From Elusimicrobiota bacterium (GTDB taxonomy: Bacteria > Elusimicrobiota > Elusimicrobia > UBA1565): a stretch of DNA of 64,000 nucleotides. The position numbers and the translations under genes are program-made. The notes below the pieces were generated by a model. That model did not search any database and was not told the origin of the DNA. It worked only from the letters and a program-made list of their open reading frames with translations. Shown here one piece after another: positions 56,795-64,000 of the stretch (position 1 is its first letter; each line of letters opens with the position of its first letter). The stretch covers positions 1-64,000 of the forward strand of contig JBDRPD010000063.1 in the NCBI GenBank assembly GCA_043827405.1, read 5' to 3'.

Positions 56795-57097
56795 CTAGTT
56801 CAAGGAAATCTTAGTAACTCGGATCTCGGTCAGCGACTGGCGATGACCGGCCCGACGGGAGTAGTTGGACTTCGGCTTCTTTTTGAAAACGATAATCTTG
56901 TCTCCCCGGGTCTGCCGGACGATCTCGGCCGTGACCTTGCCCTCACGCGAGGAGCTTTCGGCCTTCTCTTCATCCGCCGTCCACAGAGCGGCGAACGTGA
57001 TGGTGTCGCCTTTCTTGCCCGCAAGCTTCTCAACCTTGAGCATTTCTCCGGGCACTACCCAATACTGCTTTCCGCCTGTCTCGATGATTGCGTACAT
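56795..57097 (-). CDS. rplU: 50S ribosomal protein L21
   Basis: [16 protein letters not shown]...GHRQ; start at 57097. Confidence 0.97.
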   Translation of the reverse strand: MYAIIETGGKQYWVVPGEMLKVEKLAGKKGDTITFAALWTADEEKAESSSREGKVTAEIVRQTRGDKIIVFKKKPKSNYSRRAGHRQSLTEIRVTKISLN

Positions 57098-57106
57098 AGG
57101 AAGGCT

Positions 57107-57135
57107 AGTATAGTAAATTCGCGCGGCACGTTCAA
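57107..57135 (-). promoter_or_regulatory. Promoter of rplU-rpmA
   Basis: TTGAAC-17-TATACT, ending 9 nt before the ATG. Confidence 0.65.
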
Positions 57136-57519
57136 GAATCTCGGGCCGCAAGCCACGTCGAAGAAACCGACGACGCCGGATTCAGCCCCCGGGCACAATC
57201 GCAACCCGCGTCCGCTGATGTGTTTCTGGTATTACTCTTTACCAGGCATATAGCGAACTCTACAAATTGGCGCTTTCCGCCAGCCCCCCCTTCGGCGGCA
57301 TTTTATTATTCTATCGTCGGCAAATACGGCATGCGCCGTGATTGTCGCGGCGCTCCCGCGCGGGATTTTCCCCGCCACGACCAGGCGCTTCGTCGGCATG
57401 GCGACGGAGTAAAATCCATAATTTACCATCCAGTGTCATCTATTATAGGTCAATTCTCTTTAATTTTTGCGCCCGTTTTCCACCTTACCGCCGTCAATGC
57501 GCTGTTCTCGTCGGGAGAG

Positions 57520-57549
57520 TTGACAAGAAAAATATTATGGTGATACACT
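57520..57549 (+). promoter_or_regulatory. Promoter of nrdJ
   Basis: TTGACA-18-(TGa)TACACT in an AT-rich intergenic region. Confidence 0.6.
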
Positions 57550-57664
57550 AACGCACGCTTTATAAATGTATCTGTCGTCGGTCGCGTAAAACTCCCCACC
57601 GCGCCGCCCGCACATGAAGCATCGGGAAGCGATGGTGGGGAAGATCATTCCAGGAGTAGTTCTC

Positions 57665-60214
57665 GTGAGACAAAAAGCCGCTATCAAGCCAGCCGTAAAA
57701 CGATTTCACAAACTGCAGGTAACCGAAAACCAGCTTAAAGTCATTAAGGACAAGTACCTCAGGGAAGCCCCCAGCATCGAAGCCTGGCTGGGCGGCGTCG
57801 CCCACAATATCGCCCTGGCGGAGCTCCTCTTCCATCCAGCCGCCGAGAAATGGGGCATTTACGACAACGTCCGCCGCACCGTCCACGCCGCCGCCGCGCC
57901 GTCTCCCATGACCCGGGAGATCGCGATGACCCTTTTTCACGACGACTGCGGCACGGTCAAGGACCGGGACCAAAATTTAAACACCTTAATACAGAATCTT
58001 GAAGCGACGGCAAAAAAGGTTCCCGAGGCCGGCAAGCTCGTCGCCGCCTGGCGCTCCAGCTTCTACGACATGATGGGCAGCTGGGACCTCCTCCCCAACT
58101 CTCCGACCCTGATGAACGCCGGCCGCGAGCTCCAGCAGCTCTCCGCCTGCTACGTGCTTCCCGTTCCGGACTCCATGGAAGGGATCAACAAGGCGTTGGC
58201 CGCCCAGTCTCTCATCCAAAAGTCCGGCGGCGGCACCGGCTTCTCCTTCAGCCGCCTGCGGCCCAAGGGCGACCGCGTCAAAAAGAGCCAGGGCGTGGCC
58301 AGCGGGGCGCTGTCGTTTATGACCCTCTACGACAAGATGACCGATGTCGTCAAGCAGGGCGGCACCCGGCGCGGCGCCAATATGGGCATCCTCCACTATA
58401 CGCACCCCGAGATCAAAGAGTTCATCCGCATGAAGAACCAGCCCGGGGTAATGGAGAACTTCAATATCTCGGTCGCCATCGAGGCGCCCTTCATCGAGGC
58501 GGTCAAGGAAGACCGGGAGTACGATCTCATCAACCCGAATTCGGGCGAGAAGGTCGGCAAGGTACGCGCCGTCGAAGTATTCGACACCATGGTCGAGAAC
58601 GCGTGGAAAAGCGGCGACCCCGGCTACGTGGTTCTCGATCGCATCAATGACTCGGGCTCCAACCCGACGCCGGCGCTCGGCACCATCGAGAGCACCAACC
58701 CCTGCGGCGAGCAGCCGCTGCTGCCCTGGGAGCCGTGCAACCTGGGCTCGCTGAACCTGGCGAACTTCGTCGAGGGCGCGCTGACCGAGGGGACCTTCAA
58801 CTTCGACCGGCTCAAGACCATCGTCCACACCGCGGTGCGCTTCCTCGATAACGTCATCGAGGTCAACAACTATCCGCTGCCCGAGATCGAACGCATGGCC
58901 AAGGGCAACCGGCGCATCGGCCTGGGCGTCATGGGCTGGGCCGAGACCTTGGTCAAGATCGGCATCCCCTACGACTCCCCGGCCGCCCTGGAGTTAGCCG
59001 GCAAGCTCATGCGCTTCATCAACGACGAAGCCCTGGCCTGCTCCGAGCAGCTGGCCAAGGACCGCGGGGTCTTCCCGAACTGGAAGGACTCGGTCTACGA
59101 CCCCAACGGCGAGCACTTCCGCGGCAAGACCGCCCTGCCGCGCAACTGCGCCCGCACCACCATCGCCCCGACCGGCACCATCGCCATCACCGCCGGCCTG
59201 CAGGGCAGCGGCATCGAGCCGTTCTTCGCCATCGCCTATACCCGCTACAACGCCAAGGCGCTCGACGCCCTCAAGCACGGCAAGCCCCCCGAAACCAAAG
59301 ACGTGTTCTTCGAGGCGAACCCGCTGTTCAAGCAGATCGCCGAGGAAAACCACTACTGGGGACTAAGCAAAAAGGACCTGTGGAAGAAGATCGACGACAA
59401 CCACAAGTCGGTGCGCGGCATCCCGGAGATTCCGCCGAAGATCCAGCGGCTGTTCCCGACCTCGCACGACGTCTCCTTCGAGAACCACCTGCAGGTCCAG
59501 GCGGCGTTCCAGAAGCATGTCGACAACGGGGTCTCAAAGACGATCAACATGCCCAACTCGGCGACCACCGACGACGTGCGCCAAGCCTACCTCATGGCCT
59601 TCGAGCTCGGCTGCAAGGGACTGACCATCTACCGCGACGGCTCCAAGTCGCAGCAGGTCCTCAACCTCGGCACGGCGGCGGTGAGCGGCGCGCCCAAGAA
59701 GAAGCGGCCCGATCCGGCCGACGCCTTCGGCGCCAAGTCCGAGTACTACCAGATCAAGACCGGCTACGGCGGCCTGCACATCCACATCAACTACGACGAG
59801 CGGGGGCCCTACCAGGTGTTCACCAACATCCCGCCGCTGGGCACCGAGATCTCGGGCCTGACCTCGATTCTGGGCATCCTGCTCTCGAAGTACCTCGCCG
59901 AGGGCGGCAACCCGATCAAGATCATCAAGCACCTCAACTCGGTCAAGGGCGACCGCCCGCTCGGCTTCGGCGACAAGCGGGTCGACTCGATCGCCCATGG
60001 CGTGTCGAAGGCCCTGCGCGAGCATCTCAAGCGCACCGGCTGGCTCGACGACGAGGAGAAGGGCACGAAGTCGGCGTCCACCGTCGACGCCGACGCTCTG
60101 ATCAAGTTCGCGACCCAGTCGCACTGCCCCAAGTGCTACTCCGGCAACGTCGCCTTCGAGTCGGGGTGCTCGGGGCCGTCCTGCAAGGACTGCGGCTTCT
60201 CCGCCTGCAGCTGA
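57665..60214 (+). CDS. nrdJ: Adenosylcobalamin-dependent (class II) ribonucleotide reductase
   Basis: PNSPTLMNAG, LSACYV, RRGANMG, TNPCGEQ, IAPTGT, SKTIN, YRDGS, TSCPD-like C-terminus with Cys cluster; GTG at 57665 follows an AGGAG RBS. Confidence 0.93.
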   Translation: MRQKAAIKPAVKRFHKLQVTENQLKVIKDKYLREAPSIEAWLGGVAHNIALAELLFHPAAEKWGIYDNVRRTVHAAAAPSPMTREIAMTLFHDDCGTVKDRDQNLNTLIQNLEATAKKVPEAGKLVAAWRSSFYDMMGSWDLLPNSPTLMNAGRELQQLSACYVLPVPDSMEGINKALAAQSLIQKSGGGTGFSFSRLRPKGDRVKKSQGVASGALSFMTLYDKMTDVVKQGGTRRGANMGILHYTHPEIKEFIRMKNQPGVMENFNISVAIEAPFIEAVKEDREYDLINPNSGEKVGKVRAVEVFDTMVENAWKSGDPGYVVLDRINDSGSNPTPALGTIESTNPCGEQPLLPWEPCNLGSLNLANFVEGALTEGTFNFDRLKTIVHTAVRFLDNVIEVNNYPLPEIERMAKGNRRIGLGVMGWAETLVKIGIPYDSPAALELAGKLMRFINDEALACSEQLAKDRGVFPNWKDSVYDPNGEHFRGKTALPRNCARTTIAPTGTIAITAGLQGSGIEPFFAIAYTRYNAKALDALKHGKPPETKDVFFEANPLFKQIAEENHYWGLSKKDLWKKIDDNHKSVRGIPEIPPKIQRLFPTSHDVSFENHLQVQAAFQKHVDNGVSKTINMPNSATTDDVRQAYLMAFELGCKGLTIYRDGSKSQQVLNLGTAAVSGAPKKKRPDPADAFGAKSEYYQIKTGYGGLHIHINYDERGPYQVFTNIPPLGTEISGLTSILGILLSKYLAEGGNPIKIIKHLNSVKGDRPLGFGDKRVDSIAHGVSKALREHLKRTGWLDDEEKGTKSASTVDADALIKFATQSHCPKCYSGNVAFESGCSGPSCKDCGFSACS

Positions 60215-60230
60215 GCGAAGCATAAATCCT

Positions 60231-60269
60231 ACGCGGCCCGGCTTGGGAGAAATCCCGACCGGGCCGCGT
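60231..60269 (+). terminator. GC-rich stem-loop after nrdJ (no U-tract)
   Basis: ACGCGGCCCGG..GGGA-GAAA-TCCC..CCGGGCCGCGT. Confidence 0.45.
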
Positions 60270-60443
60270 GACGTGTCGGCCTATTGGGAACGGGAGATTA
60301 CTGTCTCACGGTTAATCGAGGCCGCACGCTCCGACGCGGAACCGTCACATAAATAGCATAGCGGTAGAAACACCTAATTACCATGTTTTCCCTATATTGG
60401 CCGCGTAACCGGCGTCACTGCCTGATATCACGGGAAGGAATTC

Positions 60444-60472
60444 TTGATTTACCTTAAAAAACCGCCTATACT
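60444..60472 (+). promoter_or_regulatory. Promoter of the pilin operon
   Basis: TTGATT-17-TATACT. Confidence 0.65.
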
Positions 60473-60519
60473 TGCGTAGTAGCCCGGGATGCCTCCTGCC
60501 AACCTTCCGGGCGCTAACA

Positions 60520-63141
60520 ATGGATTGTCCTTACACTAATAGTCCGCATACGCGGCGGCCCGCATCCCGCTCCGGCATGACCTTGGTCGAACTGGTCATC
60601 GCCATGGCCATCCTGTCTATTTCGGTAGTGGCCTTTGTTTCCGCCTTCCGCTTCATCTCGCGCTCGATCCATATATCCCGCTCCCGGACGCTGGCCTCCA
60701 ACCTGGTACAGGAAAAAATCGAAAACATGAAGGACGTCTCGTATCACAAGCTCCTGCTTTCCACGGTCACCTTCACCGACAACAACTTCGACCCGCCCAT
60801 TGAGTACGACCAGAACAACTACGCGCCCGAGACCATAGTCATCGGCGGCCTGACCTTCAAGCGCACGACCTTTGTCTCCTTCGCCGAAGTCACCGACAAC
60901 GTGATTTCCACCATTACCTTCAACTACCCGGATCCCGGCATGAAGATGCTGCGCGTCTACACGCTGTGGGAAGAGAAGGGCCGCTGGAAGAAGCTGCTGC
61001 TGGAAAATATCTACGAGAACCCGGACATCGACCCCCTCAACACCCTCATCAAGGGCGCTGTGGCAATGCAGGGCGGCGGCGACCTGGCCAGCGCCATTAT
61101 CGAGGTCATCGGCACTAGTTGGAAGGACACCGCTGACGAGTTCGGCGACTTCGCCATATCGGTACATGCCGGGACCTACACCGTGCGGGCCACCTCGACG
61201 AGCTTCATCGCGGAATCGAAGTTTTTGGTAGGCGCGAGCACCGGAACGACAACGGTTCTAGACTTCGAGCTAACCCGTATCGCCACCGGCACCGTCACCG
61301 GCAATGTCTGGAAGAGCACGGGGCTGGTGATCAGCCAAATCGTGGCGAGCACCGTGACCCGCGTGGGCGGCGCGGGGACCCCGGTATGGGATGTGGAATA
61401 CGTGGAGCTGTTTAATCCCACGACCTTCCCCATCGACGTCAGCGTCGGCGGCTGGCACAACATGGAAGACAAGAATATCAATCTCTACTGGTACGACGAG
61501 GATATCGGCGTAGGACAGGACTGGCCCGACGACAGATTCCAATGGATTCATATCGGGACCCATGTCCCCCCCGGCGGCTACTACCTCTACGCCAACGCCT
61601 CCTTCTTCCACATCCTCGGCGAGTGGATTCATGCCGACGCCTATAATCCCAACGGTAACGATGTCTTTCCGAACAATGAAGCCGGCTCCATCAACCTCGT
61701 CTACGTGCCCAACGGCCACTCCCTGGATTCGGTGGGCTGGCGGGACAACGACAGCAATCCTCCGAGATACGAGGGAACCTCCATCCCGGACTCCACCTGC
61801 GCCGACGGACCCGGCGTCGGCACCCAAATGGTGCGGATATCCAGCCCGCCGCATGCCAGCAATACCTACGGCCGCGCCTATGACAGCAATAACAATATCA
61901 ACGACTTCTTCTACTTCGACGATGCCCTGCACTGCGCGGGCTGCGCCTGCTCCAACTATTTCCTGTACGCGCCGCATAATTCATCCAGCACCCTACAGCC
62001 GATCATATCCGGCAAGCCGATGTTCAGCGCCTTGGTCACGGCCGACGACTCCATCGGGCCCACAACCACCGCCGAACAGCTCACGGTCTCAAGCGGCGGA
62101 AAAAATATCCCCTACGCCCACTTCGAACTCACCGGTGTGGCCACGGGGACCTGGAATGTCCTGGTCTCGACCGGCACGGAATACGTGATCTTCCAAGATG
62201 TCAACGTGGCGTCTTTGGACTATTCCACCGGGGTGCCCAACGGCTCAACCTCGCCTCCCTGGGACGCCGCCGGCGTGATATCGGCCAGGCTTTCCAGCTC
62301 CTCGGTGGAAGGCTATATCTCGGGCATCGTCCAGGACATCCACAACACCCCCTTGGGAGGAGTGCTGCTCAGCGTCGCGGGCCAGCCCAAGACCACGGGC
62401 ACCAACGGCCGCTACTTCGCCCAGGTGTCGAGCGGCCTGATCACCATCGCGGCCAACGAAGGCAACGACAACTACCAATACGTCGAGGACATTAAGCAGG
62501 TAACGATCAATTCAGGGCGGATATCGGTCCAGGACTTCAGCCTCAGCGAGGGCGGCGTCATCAAGGGCTTTATCACCACCGACGGCTCCTCGATCCTGCC
62601 GGGAGTCGAGGTCACGGCAACGCGCGAAGGCGCCCAGTACGGTTCGGGAACCTCGGACGCCTCCGGCTACTTCTACATCAAAAACCTCGGCACCGCCACC
62701 TATACGGTCCAGCCCGGCCTCGACACCTCCGAGGTCTCGACGCCCAATACCTCGACCGTAACGGTCGTCGTCAACGACACGGTATTCGTGGGGACATTCA
62801 TGATAGTCGGCTCGCTCGGAGAAATCGCGGGGACCGTCAAATACAACGACGAACTCGTGACCTCGGGCGCCCTGATATTGGCCAGCACCGATCCGATATC
62901 CAATATCCCGCCGCTCATTGTCGGCTCCTCCGCGCCCGCGCAAACCTTCATTTATGCGGCCTCCAGCAAGGCGGACGGGACCTATTCCATGGAGGTGCGC
63001 GGCAGCGCGGACCCCTACTATCTGTCGGCCTATATCCCGTTTATCACCACGACCGGCTCGGTCGCGACCACGACCAAGACCTATTCCGGCATCTCGGTCA
63101 CGGCCAGCCAAACGACGCAGAAGCTCATTGAGGTTCCCTAG
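60520..63141 (+). CDS. Giant type IV pilin-like protein with carboxypeptidase-regulatory-like and lamin-tail-like beta domains
   Basis: Prepilin motif SG/MTLVELVIAMAIL; repeated I.G.V......L.G..V...G....G.Y/F units; LVISQI...EYVELFNPT. Confidence 0.85.
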   Translation: MDCPYTNSPHTRRPASRSGMTLVELVIAMAILSISVVAFVSAFRFISRSIHISRSRTLASNLVQEKIENMKDVSYHKLLLSTVTFTDNNFDPPIEYDQNNYAPETIVIGGLTFKRTTFVSFAEVTDNVISTITFNYPDPGMKMLRVYTLWEEKGRWKKLLLENIYENPDIDPLNTLIKGAVAMQGGGDLASAIIEVIGTSWKDTADEFGDFAISVHAGTYTVRATSTSFIAESKFLVGASTGTTTVLDFELTRIATGTVTGNVWKSTGLVISQIVASTVTRVGGAGTPVWDVEYVELFNPTTFPIDVSVGGWHNMEDKNINLYWYDEDIGVGQDWPDDRFQWIHIGTHVPPGGYYLYANASFFHILGEWIHADAYNPNGNDVFPNNEAGSINLVYVPNGHSLDSVGWRDNDSNPPRYEGTSIPDSTCADGPGVGTQMVRISSPPHASNTYGRAYDSNNNINDFFYFDDALHCAGCACSNYFLYAPHNSSSTLQPIISGKPMFSALVTADDSIGPTTTAEQLTVSSGGKNIPYAHFELTGVATGTWNVLVSTGTEYVIFQDVNVASLDYSTGVPNGSTSPPWDAAGVISARLSSSSVEGYISGIVQDIHNTPLGGVLLSVAGQPKTTGTNGRYFAQVSSGLITIAANEGNDNYQYVEDIKQVTINSGRISVQDFSLSEGGVIKGFITTDGSSILPGVEVTATREGAQYGSGTSDASGYFYIKNLGTATYTVQPGLDTSEVSTPNTSTVTVVVNDTVFVGTFMIVGSLGEIAGTVKYNDELVTSGALILASTDPISNIPPLIVGSSAPAQTFIYAASSKADGTYSMEVRGSADPYYLSAYIPFITTTGSVATTTKTYSGISVTASQTTQKLIEVP

Positions 63142-63142
63142 C

Positions 63143-63652
63143 GTGCTCCGGCGAAACCAAGGCTATACGCTAGTCGAGATGATGATGGTGGTCGCGATCA
63201 CGGGGATTCTCGCCTCGATCGGCCCCAAGGTCATGATCCAGCTGCAGAACTTCTATATGCTGACCACCGCGCGCGGCGAGATCCAGCGCGACGCCCGGGC
63301 GTCTCTGGAAAACATCAACCGTTTTCTGCGCCAGGCCAAGCACCGCACGATTCACATTGATACCGCCGGCGACGGCAGCAATCCCGGCGCCGGCGGACCC
63401 TACTCCTATCTCCGTTTCATCCACTTCGACGGCCGCTCGATCGCCTTCTACCAAGACGGCAACAAGCTGGTCCAGGTGATCGACGGCAATACCAATATCA
63501 TCGCCGAGAACCTGATCTACATCGCCTTCACCTTTCCGCGCTCGGACCATCCGAAGCTGGTCTCGGTCTCGATCACTATGGGCAAGACCATCTACCTGGG
63601 GAAAAAGAAGGAGCTTGAGCTGACCATTCAGAAGATTCGGGTGATGAATTAG
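63143..63652 (+). CDS. Minor pilin/pseudopilin (PilW/GspJ-like)
   Basis: GTG start at 63143; QG/YTLVEMMMVVAITG. Confidence 0.85.
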   Translation: MLRRNQGYTLVEMMMVVAITGILASIGPKVMIQLQNFYMLTTARGEIQRDARASLENINRFLRQAKHRTIHIDTAGDGSNPGAGGPYSYLRFIHFDGRSIAFYQDGNKLVQVIDGNTNIIAENLIYIAFTFPRSDHPKLVSVSITMGKTIYLGKKKELELTIQKIRVMN

Positions 63653-63656
63653 TAGA

Positions 63657-64000
63657 ATGCCCGGGATGCGCGCTATCAAGGGGTTTCTGCACCGGGCGGA
63701 TTCAGGACAGCTGCTGATAGGCGTGCTGGTAGTGATGCTCCTGATGGCCATCATGGTCCCCGCCATGGTGATGCTGACCCAGCGCGAGGCGCGCTGGACC
63801 GAAAAGCAGGCCAAGAGCACCACCGCCTTCCATCTCGCCGAAGCCGGCATCGAGAAGGGCTACCGCGCCATCAGCCTCTCGACCTCGACCTGGTATGCCT
63901 TGGTCGACAACGGCACCTCGATCGACGACTTCAAGTTCGACCGGGTCTTCACCGACGTCGACGGCGGCGACTATATGGTCTTCGTCGCCAGCGGGCCGGA
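63657..64000 (+). CDS. PilX/GspK-like minor pilin (truncated by the window end)
   Basis: Not in the ORF track; SG/QLLIGVLVVMLLMAIMV (no Glu+5) ...AFHLAEAGIE; open to the window end. Confidence 0.8.
   Translation, partial: MPGMRAIKGFLHRADSGQLLIGVLVVMLLMAIMVPAMVMLTQREARWTEKQAKSTTAFHLAEAGIEKGYRAISLSTSTWYALVDNGTSIDDFKFDRVFTDVDGGDYMVFVASGP

Noticed and set aside
57430..57545. NrdR boxes upstream of nrdJ
   Set aside because: Candidates such as CATCTATTATAGGT match the consensus only loosely and with the wrong spacing.
57590..57645. Cobalamin riboswitch in the nrdJ leader (CCCCACC/GGTGGGG stem, GGGAAG)
   Set aside because: Too short and lacks the conserved GCCACUG and B12-box elements.

Overview
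High-GC bacterial chromosomal window with no rRNA, tRNA, CRISPR array or transposase. The gene content suggests Elusimicrobiota, but this is an inference only. Nearly all genes from 1 to 57.1 kb are on the minus strand. From left to right: (i) the 5' 1271 codons of a giant secreted repeat protein that the ORF track misses, preceded by a coupled cluster of two TMTC-like GT-C/TPR proteins, a flippase-like/methyltransferase fusion, three radical SAM enzymes and a GT2; (ii) a GEMM-I (c-di-GMP-I class) riboswitch at 14791-14921 carrying the A20 base typical of 3',3'-cGAMP sensors plus an unusual two-hairpin insertion; (iii) purA, xerC, topA, dprA, a TsaP-like LysM gene and comM; (iv) an operon of PilT-type ATPase, AAAEK-repeat protein, DnaA-like ATPase lacking domain IV, GAF histidine kinase and four lipoproteins; (v) a sugar-phosphate-utilisation-type bacterial microcompartment (DeoC, RpiB, acylating aldehyde dehydrogenase, PduL, TpiA, six shell genes), with an upstream block of 5'-nucleotidase, AphA-like phosphatase, unknown transporter and unknown P-loop kinase; (vi) asnB, rpsI/rplM, dcd, a squalene/phytoene synthase, obgE and rpmA/rplU; (vii) on the plus strand, class II RNR nrdJ and a pilin operon starting with an ~870-aa pilin. 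A family of AT-rich GGTACCGG-ended inverted repeats occurs four times. All calls come from reading motifs by eye; no database search was run.
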